The notes under the pieces were generated by a model, which saw only the letters and a list, made by a program, of their open reading frames with translations, ran no database searches and had not been told where the DNA came from. 64,000 nucleotides of DNA, taken from contig CAWGSK010000012.1 in NCBI GenBank assembly GCA_963825055.1, positions 320,001 to 384,000 on the forward strand, in the 5' to 3' direction. The stretch comes from an uncultured Gemmatimonadales bacterium. Its GTDB lineage: Bacteria > Gemmatimonadota > Gemmatimonadetes > Gemmatimonadales > GWC2-71-9. Shown here in pieces: positions 32,781-42,845 of the stretch. How positions within the stretch are numbered: position 1 is the stretch's first letter; every line of letters begins with the position of its first letter. The position numbers were made by a program, and so were the translations under genes.

Positions 32781-33452
32781 CTACAACACCGCAAACACCG
32801 GCGGGTCCACCTCGATGTGGTTGACCACGCTGGTGACCCCGGAGGCCGCCCACGCCGCGCTGGCGGCATCGTTCTTCTCGGCCAGAGACGGCACCTTGCC
32901 GCGCAGGGTGACGGTATGGCCCTCGATCTCCACGGTGACATGCGAGGCATCGATCTCGGCCTGGCGCTTGAGGGCCGATTCGATATGGCTGCGGACGTCT
33001 GTCCGGGTGGGAGCGGGAGCCATGGTGAGCGAGTTCACGATGCCCTTGACCCCGGTCAGGTACCGGACCGCACGCTCAGCGGCGAGCCGCTGGTAGTTCC
33101 AGTCCACATCCCCGGTCAGGGTCACCCATCCGTTTGCGACTTTCACTTTGATCCGTGGCTCGGGCACCTCGATGTCCATCTTGAGCGCGTTCAGCGCGGC
33201 GTGGGCGATCTCGGAGTCGGAGCGCTCGGTTATCCGGGACAGTTTCACCATGAGTTCGTTGGCGATGGCCCGGACACCCTTGACCCGGGCGACGGCCCGC
33301 TCGGCCGCATAGCGCTGGGCGTAGGTGTCCACCGTGCCGGCCAGGGTCACGACCCCGTCCTTCACGACAATGGCGATGTCCTCGTCCCGGATGCTGGGTT
33401 CCCAGGTCAGTTCGGAGACCACGTCCTGCTGGAGTGCGGAATCTGCTTTCAT
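32781..33452 (-). CDS. OsmY-like triple BON domain protein
   Basis: Three GVVTLAG/GWVTLTG/HTVTLRG...GV..V.N repeats. ATG at 33452 after GGGAGG. Confidence 0.92.
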   Translation of the reverse strand: MKADSALQQDVVSELTWEPSIRDEDIAIVVKDGVVTLAGTVDTYAQRYAAERAVARVKGVRAIANELMVKLSRITERSDSEIAHAALNALKMDIEVPEPRIKVKVANGWVTLTGDVDWNYQRLAAERAVRYLTGVKGIVNSLTMAPAPTRTDVRSHIESALKRQAEIDASHVTVEIEGHTVTLRGKVPSLAEKNDAASAAWAASGVTSVVNHIEVDPPVFAVL

Positions 33453-33574
33453 CTTTGCCTCCCTGCGTTGCAGCGCGGTCGCCAGGCCGACAGAGAGCCG
33501 ACACGGAAACCGGCGACAATACAAAATGGCACGGGAGACCTGAATTACCTGTGAACCGGGCGTGAAGGTTTGCC

Positions 33575-33622
33575 GGGAAAAGGTGGACGGCCCGCGCCAA
33601 CTGTCGTCGGCGCGGGCCGTCC
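33575..33622 (-). terminator. probable terminator hairpin
   Basis: Minus strand reads GGACGGCCCGCGCC-N10-GGCGCGGGCCGTCC followed by ACCTTTT. Confidence 0.6.
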
Positions 33623-34072
33623 GTGCACCAGTTACCCGGAGTCGGGTTCTTGCGTTCCCGTTCTTCTTCCCGTGGCGATCGCCGTTCGTCGCGGCGAAGT
33701 AAGCCTGGGAGCTCCGGCTTCCATCCGTGTCGGCCGCGATCGCGACCGACGCTTCACCGGTGCTGGCGCTCTGGGTCGGCCGGATCGCGGATCGGCCCCC
33801 ATACTGCGCGACGGCACGCCATCCCGTCGCGGGACGGGGCACGCGATTGGCCCCGGCCACCCCGGTGTGTGGCCCCGGTTCCGGATCCCTGATCCTTTGC
33901 AGGCTGGTCCCGGCCCCGAATCACCAAGGCAGGAACAAGCTAGCATCGCCACCCTGAAGGGAAAGTGAAAATGAGGTGAAACCGGTTGGCCGAGTCGGGT
34001 CCTCACCCGGACTTCACCCTCCCTTCACGGGCTGGTACGTAGCGTAGAGGCCCATCCCACTCGGAGGACGGA

Positions 34073-34297
34073 ATGCAGGAAGCCATGCTGCACGCCGCGC
34101 AGAAGGACGAACTGGTCCAGGGGCTGGTCGAGCGCCTGGAGAGGACGTTTGCCACCCTGGACCAGGACGAGGCCCTGGCCCGGGTGGCCCGCTACCTGCG
34201 CGCGCTGGACGAGCCGACGCTTCGGGTCATGGCGTACCGGGAAGGCCTGTTCGAGCCGGAAACGGAACCGCTCAAGCCGGGCGATCCGGAGTGCTGA
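34073..34297 (+). CDS. hypothetical protein (74 aa, helical)
   Basis: GGAGG RBS and coding-like codon usage. Confidence 0.7.
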   Translation: MQEAMLHAAQKDELVQGLVERLERTFATLDQDEALARVARYLRALDEPTLRVMAYREGLFEPETEPLKPGDPEC

Positions 34298-34307
34298 ACG
34301 GGCGGGC

Positions 34308-35612
34308 CTAGACGCCGAACGGCCATGTCTCGGGCAGGCCGGGCTCGCGGGTTGTAGGTAGCGGTGTCAGCGCGGTTGTCTCGTCGAACCAGATCCAGGC
34401 GTCGAACTGCTCGGGCAGGACGGCCGGAAAGTAATGGCTCTGGAGTTCGGTTTCCGGGCGGTAGATCACGCCGATCGCCCGCTCGAGCCGGGGGGTGCGC
34501 AGTTCCTCCCGGACGCTGTCCCGCGCCGGTCCTGAGAGGTGGAGCAGGAAGGCCTGATGTCCCGTCTCGTGGCACAGCCCCTCGTAGCTGTCGGGCCGGG
34601 CGGGGCGCACCCGTTTGACTTCCATCGGACCATCCCAGTCCGAGGCCGCGGCCACCGTGCCGTGGTCCGTCCCGAAGCCCACGAGCAGGGCCTGGTCGCC
34701 GAACGCCCAGCGGCAGAGCGACCCGATGTTGTGTTCCCCGCGCGCGCCCATCGCGGTCGCCTCGGCGTTGCCCACGTGTGAGTTGTGCGCCCAGACGACC
34801 GCCCGGCTCTCCGGCCCGTAGTGCTCCAGCAGGGCCTGGAGCGTCTCGAACATGTGACCGTCCCGGAGGTTCCAGGACGCCACCACCCCGTCGTACATGA
34901 GCCGGTAGTACTGTTCCGCGCTGGCCACCACCCGGGCGTTCCGCTCCGCGTCGAAGAACCGGTCACCGTCATGCTCCATGAGCGCCAACCGCTCGCGCAG
35001 CAGGTCCTGCAGTAACGCCAGGACGGGAGCCTCGCAGGCGGCCAGGCCGCGCCGGGTGGCGGCATGGCCATAGGCCGCCGGGTCATGGGCCCACGGCGTG
35101 AGGCAGGCGTAGCGCTCCCGCGCCACGCGAGCCAGCGCGGGGTCGGTGTCGTCCAGGTACCCGAGCACTGCGGCAACCGAGGCGTACATGCTGTAGATGT
35201 CGAGTCCGTGGAACCCCGCGCGTGATGATGGAGGGCGATCGGCGTTCCACTCGCGAAGCCAGTCAACGAATGCGGCCACCTCGGTATTCCGCCACATCCA
35301 GGTCGGGAAACGGGTGAAGGGGTGCGGAACGTCCGCCTTCGCCGGCGGAGAGTGACGCTCATGGCGGTCGATGGCCGCCGCATCGGGCTACTCGACCTCC
35401 GCCCCCCCAAAGGCGAAACCGTGGTGGCGGATCAGCTCGCGCGTGATGACCGCGCGCATCCGGTAGAAGTCGGCGGTGCCGTGGCTCGCTTCACCCAGCA
35501 GGACGACCCGCGCGTCGCCGACCCGTTCCAGGAGCGAGCCGATCTGGTCCGCCGCAATATTGTCCAGGGGCAGCGCGGCCTCCCGGATCAGCTGGGGGAT
35601 ACCTGTGGTCAT
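34308..35612 (-). pseudogene. erythromycin esterase family protein interrupted by an in-frame TAG
   Basis: LLGEASHGT, FPTWMWRN, HGLDIYS, WNLRD, WAHNSH, ERAIGVIY. TAG at 35388-35390 sits where the family's conserved W of DWPD is expected. Confidence 0.8.
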
Positions 35613-35644
35613 GACTTGAATCGCCCGCCGAGGCTCCGCGTACA

Positions 35645-35697
35645 ACCTTTGACTTTCGACCTTTGACCTTCGACCTTTCCCGACACCCGATCTCCGA
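35645..35697. repeat. heptamer array (ACCTTYG family) plus CCGA-type units
   Basis: acctttg actttcg acctttg accttcg acctttc ccgacac ccgatct. Confidence 0.8.
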
Positions 35698-35705
35698 GGC
35701 CCCGC

Positions 35706-36437
35706 ATGCTCCGTCGTCCGCTCGCCTGTCTCGTCGTCCTCATCCTGGCCGCGTTTTCACTCGCGTCCGCCCAGGACGCGGAGGAGGTCAGGCCATTCCA
35801 GCTCCAGGCCGACCTGGGCTTCGTCAACGTGGCAGGCAACACCGAGGTCACGTCGCTGAACGCCGGAGAAAAGGTCATCTACACGACGGCACCAGTCGTG
35901 CTGACCCAGACATTCACCGCCATCTACGGGCGGACCGACGGGCAGACCTCGGCCAGTACCTGGAAGGCGAGCGGGAGAATGGACTACGGCCTGACCGAGC
36001 ACCTCGCTGTGTTCGGCCTGGTGGGTTTCGAGAAGAACCGCTTCGCCGGTATCGACCGCCGCTTCGAGGAAGTGGTCGGGCTTGCCCTGAAGATCCTGAC
36101 CGGTCCCCGGGACATTCTCGAAACCGAAGCCGGCCTGTCCTTCAACCAGCAGCGGACGACCACGGCTGTCGACGACAATTTCACCGCCGCACGTGCCGCG
36201 GCGATGTACAAGCATCTTCTGGGAGAGAAGGCCTTTGTCCAGCAGACGGCCGAGGCGCTGCCGAACCTTGAGGACTCGGAGGACCTTCGTGTGAACACCG
36301 AGACCGCGCTCGTGGCACCGCTTTCCTCGAGCATTTCCCTGAAGCTGGCCTACGCGATCCGGTTCGATAACCAGCCCGAGCCAGGGTTCAAGAAGACCGA
36401 CCGGATGTTCACGTCCGGGGTGCAGGTGGTGTTCTAG
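35706..36437 (+). CDS. DUF481 (YdiY-like) outer-membrane beta-barrel
   Basis: Signal peptide, LGF..GNT, alternating beta strands, P..GF.KTD, C-terminal Phe. Confidence 0.85.
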   Translation: MLRRPLACLVVLILAAFSLASAQDAEEVRPFQLQADLGFVNVAGNTEVTSLNAGEKVIYTTAPVVLTQTFTAIYGRTDGQTSASTWKASGRMDYGLTEHLAVFGLVGFEKNRFAGIDRRFEEVVGLALKILTGPRDILETEAGLSFNQQRTTTAVDDNFTAARAAAMYKHLLGEKAFVQQTAEALPNLEDSEDLRVNTETALVAPLSSSISLKLAYAIRFDNQPEPGFKKTDRMFTSGVQVVF

Positions 36438-36443
36438 TGGCCA

Positions 36444-36540
36444 GGGAACAGGGAATGGGGATTAGGCAACAGGGCGTTTAGCTTCAGGTAGCCCGATACC
36501 CGATACCCGATACCCGATACCCGATCCCCGATCCCCGAGC
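36444..36540. repeat. heptamer arrays (GGGAAYR-like)3 and (CCCGATA)4(CCCGATC)2
   Basis: Directly visible between DUF481 and DUF1579. Confidence 0.88.
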
Positions 36541-36545
36541 TTCCC

Positions 36546-37031
36546 ATGTCCATGCCCAGCCTGAACGCCCTGCACGAGAAGCTCCAGCGGCTCGAGGGCC
36601 GCTGGGTTGGCAAGGAGCACCTGCACCCTTCGCCCTGGGATGACAAGGGCGGACCGGCGGAAAGCGAGGTGGTGAACCGGGTGGCGCTGGATGGGTTCGC
36701 CGTGGTGCAGGATTACGTACAGCGCCGGCACGGCAAGGTGACCTACCGGGGGCACGGGTTGTTTCGCGTGGAACCGGACGGCCACACGATTGCCATGGAC
36801 TGGTATGACAGCATCGGGTTCCCCCCGGAGACGTTCCACGGCGAATTTGATGGCGAGACGCTGGCGCTGAGCAGCAAGGGCGCCCAGGGCACCATGCGCG
36901 CGACCTGGACCTTCCACGACAGGGACCGGTACGACCACTGCATGGAAGTGAGCGGTGACGGCAGCGGCTGGAAGCCGTTCATGGACGGGGAATACCGGCG
37001 GGAAGGGAAGGGCGATGGCGAAGGGAAGTAA
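36546..37031 (+). CDS. DUF1579 family protein
   Basis: HEKLQRLEGRW.G, LDG, GHG, WYDS.G, FMDG.YRR. Confidence 0.75.
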   Translation: MSMPSLNALHEKLQRLEGRWVGKEHLHPSPWDDKGGPAESEVVNRVALDGFAVVQDYVQRRHGKVTYRGHGLFRVEPDGHTIAMDWYDSIGFPPETFHGEFDGETLALSSKGAQGTMRATWTFHDRDRYDHCMEVSGDGSGWKPFMDGEYRREGKGDGEGK

Positions 37032-37536
37032 GGCGGGCGAGGTCGAACGGATCGCGGAGGAACTGCAGGCCGGCTACGACGGCTCTCCCTGGCATGGACC
37101 CAGCGTGGCCGCCCTGCTCGAGCCGGTGAACTACGCCGTCGCCGCCGCCCGGCCCGTGGGTCACGCCCACACCATCTGGGAGCTCGTCCTCCACATCACC
37201 GCGTGGTCTGCCGAGGTGGCCCGGCGAATCAGCGGGGAGCCGCCGGGACTCCCCCCCGAGGGCGACTGGCCGGTACCCGCGGCCCCGACGCCGGCTGCGT
37301 GGAAGCAGACCCTGGAGCGGCTGGAACAGGTCCGTCGGGACCTGGAGTCGGCGGTGCGCGCCATGGCCTCCGCGAGGCTGGACGATGTCCTCGGCCCGGT
37401 CGAGGAATCTCAGGAGAGTGCCGGGGTAACCCTCAGGACGATGCTGTACGGCCTCACGCAGCACGATGCCTATCACTCCGGCCAGATCGCGCTGCTGCGC
37501 CGCGCGGTGGAGAGCCGGGAGAGTGATTATCCGTAA
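37015..37536 (+). CDS. DinB family protein
   Basis: PWHGPS, HTIWELVLHI, DWP, HDAYHSGQI. Confidence 0.88.
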   Translation: MAKGSKAGEVERIAEELQAGYDGSPWHGPSVAALLEPVNYAVAAARPVGHAHTIWELVLHITAWSAEVARRISGEPPGLPPEGDWPVPAAPTPAAWKQTLERLEQVRRDLESAVRAMASARLDDVLGPVEESQESAGVTLRTMLYGLTQHDAYHSGQIALLRRAVESRESDYP

Positions 37537-37540
37537 GAGC

Positions 37541-37668
37541 CGGCGAGTGGAAGCGAGTGGCGAGTAGCCCCGCATGGCCAACTCCACTTGCCACTTGCCA
37601 CTTGCCAACTCCCCGACTGCCTGCTGCCTATCCCTATCCCTATTCCCTATCCCTACTCCCTATTCCCC
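37541..37668. repeat. inverted heptamer arrays (GGCGAGT)n/(CCACTTG)3 and TCCCTA-rich repeats
   Basis: Visible between the DinB stop and tRNA-Arg. Confidence 0.85.
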
Positions 37669-37695
37669 CTTACTCCTTGCCTATATTACAGCCCT

Positions 37696-37769
<74 letters not shown>

Positions 37770-37892
37770 CTGGACTTCCCACTGTGCAGCCCCCCCTCCC
37801 ATCCGACGTCTCCATCGTGAAACGCGCCCCTTGCGCCCCGCATCCTCGCGGGCATACTGACCCCTGTTACCCCTTGGCCGGAGCAGGTGCAG

Positions 37893-39206
37893 ATGCGTGC
37901 ATATCCCGGGATAATCGCCGTGGCCCTTCTGACTGCCGCGTGCAACGATCCTGTTTCGACTTCCCGGTATGATGGTGCGGTCACCATCACTCCCTCCACC
38001 CAGTGGAGCGGGGGAATGGTCATGGTGACCACCGACCAGCTGCTGAACTATTCCACCACGCCCGTCATCACGGCTGGCACCGATACCCTGTCGGTGACGG
38101 TGGTGGACGACACCACACTGTCCGTCACGCTGCCGTCCGTCCCGACGGGATCGGTTGACCTCGTCGCTGAAGGCTGGGCCGGGGAACCGATTCTCGGGAC
38201 CGTCGCTGTCCTCGGCTTCAGGCGCGGCGTGGCCCGACGTTCACCTTGGCTGCAGGCGCTCGTGCCGTGGCCGGTGGATCAACCCACCGGTATCCTCGCC
38301 GTGGATGAGATGGGCGAGGTGGTGTTCCTGCACGCCGCAACGGGACACGTCAGTCATACGGGGATCGACCCGGGCTTTACGTACGAAAAGGCGGTGGGGG
38401 TGACGTACCAGCCCGGTGTTTTCACCACTCTCGCTGACGATTCCGTCGTCTTCTGGTCCTGGCCATATCCACCCGGTGGAACTCCAGTTAAGACAGGAGT
38501 GATGTGGTCGCCCGCGCTCTACTACTTGATCCACGTGCCGGCGCCGTGGACCCTCCTGGCGACCTTCCACGACAGGTCGGTCACCTTCCGATCGAGTGAC
38601 AGTGGCCAGTCATGGCAGAGTGTCTACAATCCGAATGCCAGTCGCGGCGAGGACTACCCGCGTGCTCCCGTCGTCAATCCGGGCGGTTCGCTGTTTACCA
38701 TCTGGGCTGACGGAACTACGCCGTACGGCACGCCTGTGTTCGACTTGCCCGAAGGGACCTTGCGATACCGTATCCCGACGTTCTTCATTACCGCCTCCAG
38801 ACCATTCTTTGGTGATAGCGGAGACCTGTACGTAGGGGGCGACAGTGCGGAGGTCGGAATCGTAGCGCGCTTCGATGCCGAGACCGGGACGGAACTTGAT
38901 CGCTTCATGCCGCCAACAGGCCATATCTTTGCCATCGTACCGATTCCGGGGGGCGGCGGTGTTTACGCGCTGGTAAAGAACTCCGGCATTGGCTGCGTGG
39001 ATGCCATCACACCGTACCTGGCGGTGCTCGACCGGAACCTCAATGTTCGGGCTCGCCTTGCCGCACCCGCGGGTCTGCCGGAAGCGACATTCGGATGCGT
39101 GAGCACGACCCTGATTGCCGACCCGGCGCGAAGCCAGGTATACGTCCTTCCGCTCGGCTACAATATTCTGGCGTTCGACGTCCTGAGTGAATCGCAGACT
39201 CCATGA
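37893..39206 (+). CDS. hypothetical lipoprotein (N-terminal IPT/Ig-like beta domain plus probable beta-propeller)
   Basis: Lipobox TAAC, V.DDTTLSVTLP IPT-like segment, beta-rich. Visibly less GC-rich than neighbours. Confidence 0.75.
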   Translation: MRAYPGIIAVALLTAACNDPVSTSRYDGAVTITPSTQWSGGMVMVTTDQLLNYSTTPVITAGTDTLSVTVVDDTTLSVTLPSVPTGSVDLVAEGWAGEPILGTVAVLGFRRGVARRSPWLQALVPWPVDQPTGILAVDEMGEVVFLHAATGHVSHTGIDPGFTYEKAVGVTYQPGVFTTLADDSVVFWSWPYPPGGTPVKTGVMWSPALYYLIHVPAPWTLLATFHDRSVTFRSSDSGQSWQSVYNPNASRGEDYPRAPVVNPGGSLFTIWADGTTPYGTPVFDLPEGTLRYRIPTFFITASRPFFGDSGDLYVGGDSAEVGIVARFDAETGTELDRFMPPTGHIFAIVPIPGGGGVYALVKNSGIGCVDAITPYLAVLDRNLNVRARLAAPAGLPEATFGCVSTTLIADPARSQVYVLPLGYNILAFDVLSESQTP

Positions 39207-39332
39207 GGCGCTTGCGAATCGCCCCTTCTCGCAATGCTGATGACAGCGATTGGGTGCCCGGACGCCGCCCATGGGAAGGTGTACGCCTTGAGTTGCCTGG
39301 GTAAGGTGGTAACGTTTGACCTCCTGAACTGA
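39203..39332 (+). pseudogene. collapsed remnant of a paralogous lipoprotein
   Basis: Removing one C in CCCC (39222-39225) gives MRRLRIALLAMLMTAIGC-PDAAHGKVYALSCLGKVVTFDLLN*, whose tail aligns without gaps to the upstream protein's C-terminus. Confidence 0.6.
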
Positions 39333-39457
39333 TCCGCGCGCCGTGGGGGGGAGTGACTCCGGTTGAGGGGTTACGTTGCATACTGAAACTGCGAGAGCGG
39401 CGCGCACGTAGGGTCCCTCAGACCAGCACCATTCTCACACGAGCCGGAGGCCGGACC

Positions 39458-39850
39458 ATGCGCCCAGAAGCATCCGACAAGTCCCGTACCGTTGCCCTGA
39501 TCCTGGCGGCCGTCCTGGGCGTCTTCGGTGTCCACCGCTTCTACGTGGGCAAGGTCGGCACCGGCCTCCTGATGCTGCTCACCATGGGCGGCCTCGGGAT
39601 CTGGTACCTCTATGACATCATCACGATCGCCGGCGGGTCCTTCCGGGACGTGGATGGCCGCCGGGTGCTCCGCTGGGACCCCGAGGAGCCGTTCTACGAC
39701 CAGCACCAGCTACCGCCCGAAGTGGCGGACGAGCTGGATATGCTCCGCTCCGAACTGGGAGACCTGCATGAGCGGCTCGACTTCACTGAACGCCTGCTGG
39801 CCAACCGGGACCGGGATACGCTGAGCCATTCCGGGGATACGCCGCGATAG
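39458..39850 (+). CDS. TM2 domain-containing protein
   Basis: KSR.VALIL...LGVFGVHRFYVGKVGTG, then a coiled coil with ERLDFTERLL. GGAGG RBS. Confidence 0.88.
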   Translation: MRPEASDKSRTVALILAAVLGVFGVHRFYVGKVGTGLLMLLTMGGLGIWYLYDIITIAGGSFRDVDGRRVLRWDPEEPFYDQHQLPPEVADELDMLRSELGDLHERLDFTERLLANRDRDTLSHSGDTPR

Positions 39851-39957
39851 CCCCGGGGGGCGGCTTCCATCGCCCCCGGCACCGCATTACCATCCGTTTC
39901 TGCCTTTCCATCACATTCCTGGCCCGACGAGGCCGAGCTTCCGCATCTGGAGGACTC

Positions 39958-42720
39958 ATGTCGTTCACCCGTCGTCTGCTTGCGACCGCCCTGGTGCTTG
40001 TCGCGGGCGTCGCGCTGCCCGCGGCTGCCCAGTCCAGCACCACCACCATTGACATTCCCTACCAGAAATTCGTCCTCAAGAACGGCCTTACGGTGCTGGT
40101 CCACGAGGACCACAAGGCGCCGATCGTGGCGGTCAATATCTGGTACCACGTCGGCTCCAAGAACGAAAAGCCGGGCCGCACCGGCTTCGCGCATCTCTTC
40201 GAGCACCTGATGTTCAACGGGTCGGAGAACTACAACCACGATTTCTTCGACCCGTTCGAGAAGGCCGGCGCCACCAACCAGAACGGCACCACCAACGAGG
40301 ACCGGACCAACTACTTCGAGAACGTCCCGACCCCCGCCGTGGACATGGCCCTCTGGATGGAGTCCGACCGGATGGGCCACCTCGTCGGCGCCATCGACAC
40401 CGCGAAGCTGAACGAGCAGCGCGGCGTGGTGCAGAACGAGAAACGGCAGGGCGAGAACCAGCCCTACGGCAAGACGGACGAGCTGATCACCGCCGCCACC
40501 TGGCCCGCCACTCACCCCTACAGCTGGACCGTGATCGGCTCGATGGAAGACCTGGACGCCGCGAGCCTGGAGGACGTGCGGCAATGGTTCAAGACGTACT
40601 ACGGGCCCGCGAACGCGGTTCTGGCCATCGCCGGCGACATCGACGCCGCCACCGCCCGGCAGAAGGCCGAGCAATATTTCGGTGATATCCCCTCCGGGCC
40701 GCCGATCTCGAAACAGGACGTCTGGATCGCGAAGCGGACGGGGGAGCACCGGCAGGTGATGCAGGACCGGGTGCCCCAGGCCCGCCTCTACAAGGTGTGG
40801 AACATCCCGCAGTACGGTGACGCCCAGGCCCGCTACCTGGACCTGGTGAGCGACGTCCTCGGCGCCGGCAAGACGTCCCGCCTCTACAAGCGCCTGGTCT
40901 ATGACGACCAGATCGCCACCGATGTTGCCGCCTACGTGGACCTCCGCGAGATCGGCGGCCAGTTCTACATCCGGGCCACCGCCCGGCCGGGTCAGGATCT
41001 CTCGGCGGTGGAGAAAGCCGTTGACGAGGAACTCGCCCGATTCCTGAAGGAAGGCCCGACGGCGGAGGAGATGTCCCGGATCAAGACGCAGTTCCGGGCG
41101 CGGTTCGTCCGGGGCGTGGAGCAGATCGGCGGGTTCGGCGGGAAGTCCGACGTCCTGGCGCAGAATCAGGTCTACATGAACGACCCGTCGTTCTACAAGA
41201 CCACGCTGGACCGGGTGGCGAACGCGACGGCCGACGACCTGGCGGGGGCGGCCCGCGACTGGCTCTCCGACGGGGTCTACGTGCTCGAGGTGCATCCGTT
41301 CCCGAACTACGCCACGACCGCAAGCACGGTCGACCGCTCGAAGCTCCCGGACATCGGGGCCTCGCCGAAGGTGGCCTTCCCGACCCTTGAGCGGGCCACG
41401 CTGTCCAACGGGCTCAAGATCGTCTTCGCGAAGCGGGATGCGGTGCCGGTCGTGAACCTGACCCTGCTGGTGGACGCCGGGTACGCCGCGGACCAGTTTG
41501 GCAAGCCGGGCACGGCCAGCCTCGCGATGAACATGCTGGATGAGGGCACGAAGTCCCGCAACGCGCTTCAGATCAGCGAGGAACTGGCCCAGCTGGGCGC
41601 CAACCTCGGTACGGGGTCCTCGCTGGACATGTCCCAGGTGTCCCTCTCGGCACTCAAGAGCAACCTGGACCAGTCCCTGGCACTCTACGCCGACGTCATC
41701 CTGAGCCCCAGCTTCCCGGCCGACGAGTTCGACCGGCTCCAGAAGCAGCAGCTCGCCCGGATCCAGCGGGAGAAGGTGACGCCGCTCCAGATGGCGCTGC
41801 GGGTCTTTCCCCGCCTGCTCTACGGGGAAGGGCATGCCTATGGCAACTCCTACACCGGCACCGGGACGGAGGCCAGCGTCAGCAGCATGGCCACGAGCGA
41901 CCTCCAGAAGTTCCACAACACGTGGTTCAAGCCGAACAATGCCACGCTGGTGGTCGTGGGCAACACGACCATGAACGAGATCCGGCCGAAGCTGGAGAAG
42001 CTGTTCAGTGGCTGGAAGCGCGGCGAGGTGCCGAAGAAGAACCTGGCCACCGTGAAGATGCCCGACAAGCCGGTGGTCTACCTGATCGACCGCCCCGGCT
42101 CGGACCAGTCGATCATCTTCGCTGGCAACGTCGCACCGCCCAAGGCGAATCCTGACGAGATCGGCATCGACGTCATGAACGACATCCTGGGCGGAAAGTT
42201 CGGCTCGCGGGTGAACATGAACCTGCGGGAAGACAAGCACTGGGCCTATGGTGCCTTCACCCTGCTGCTCGACGCGCGCGGACAGCGACCCTTCATCGCA
42301 TATGCCCCGGTGCAGACGGACAAGACAGCCGAGTCCATGGCGGAGGTCCAGAAGGAACTGGAAGGCATCCTCGGCCAGCGCCCGGTCACGGCGGATGAAC
42401 TGACCACGGCCAAGGCCAACCTGACCCTGACGCTCCCGGGGCGCTGGGAGACGATGGGCGCCGTGGGGGGCTCGATCAACGAGATCGTGACCTTCGGGCT
42501 CGATGACCGCTACTGGGACACCTACGGCGCGAAGGTCGACGCCCTGCGGGCCGCCGACGTGGTGCCGGCCGCGAAGAAGGTCGTTGCCCCCTCACACCTG
42601 GTCTGGGTGATCGTGGGAGACCGCGAGAAGATCGAGGACAAGGTCCGCGCCCTGAACCTGGGCGAGGTCCGGTTCCTGGATGCCGACGGGAAGCCGGCAG
42701 GGGAGACGGCGGGACGGTAG
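39958..42720 (+). CDS. M16 family (pitrilysin/insulinase) zinc peptidase
   Basis: Signal peptide, GFAHLFEHLMF (HxxEH), duplicated M16 halves, NLREDK.WAYG. Confidence 0.94.
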   Translation: MSFTRRLLATALVLVAGVALPAAAQSSTTTIDIPYQKFVLKNGLTVLVHEDHKAPIVAVNIWYHVGSKNEKPGRTGFAHLFEHLMFNGSENYNHDFFDPFEKAGATNQNGTTNEDRTNYFENVPTPAVDMALWMESDRMGHLVGAIDTAKLNEQRGVVQNEKRQGENQPYGKTDELITAATWPATHPYSWTVIGSMEDLDAASLEDVRQWFKTYYGPANAVLAIAGDIDAATARQKAEQYFGDIPSGPPISKQDVWIAKRTGEHRQVMQDRVPQARLYKVWNIPQYGDAQARYLDLVSDVLGAGKTSRLYKRLVYDDQIATDVAAYVDLREIGGQFYIRATARPGQDLSAVEKAVDEELARFLKEGPTAEEMSRIKTQFRARFVRGVEQIGGFGGKSDVLAQNQVYMNDPSFYKTTLDRVANATADDLAGAARDWLSDGVYVLEVHPFPNYATTASTVDRSKLPDIGASPKVAFPTLERATLSNGLKIVFAKRDAVPVVNLTLLVDAGYAADQFGKPGTASLAMNMLDEGTKSRNALQISEELAQLGANLGTGSSLDMSQVSLSALKSNLDQSLALYADVILSPSFPADEFDRLQKQQLARIQREKVTPLQMALRVFPRLLYGEGHAYGNSYTGTGTEASVSSMATSDLQKFHNTWFKPNNATLVVVGNTTMNEIRPKLEKLFSGWKRGEVPKKNLATVKMPDKPVVYLIDRPGSDQSIIFAGNVAPPKANPDEIGIDVMNDILGGKFGSRVNMNLREDKHWAYGAFTLLLDARGQRPFIAYAPVQTDKTAESMAEVQKELEGILGQRPVTADELTTAKANLTLTLPGRWETMGAVGGSINEIVTFGLDDRYWDTYGAKVDALRAADVVPAAKKVVAPSHLVWVIVGDREKIEDKVRALNLGEVRFLDADGKPAGETAGR

Positions 42721-42722
42721 AT

Positions 42723-42845
42723 GGAGTGACTGGTGACTAGTGACTGGTGACCGGTGTTTCAAGGGGAGATCCGTGCCCAATGGCCAGATCTCCCCTTGAA
42801 GCACTACTCACTACTCACTACTCACTAGTCACTAGTCACTAGTCA

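Noticed and set aside
33632..34006. 124-aa minus-strand ORF ending just before the hairpin terminator
   Set aside because: Arg/Pro/Gly-rich composition, weak codon bias and no clear RBS. It was not called as a CDS, though a short version cannot be excluded.
35388..35390. Pyrrolysine or amber recoding
   Set aside because: It replaces a conserved Trp (TGG to TAG), neighbouring codons are also degenerate, no pyl genes are seen, and TAG is used as a normal stop elsewhere.
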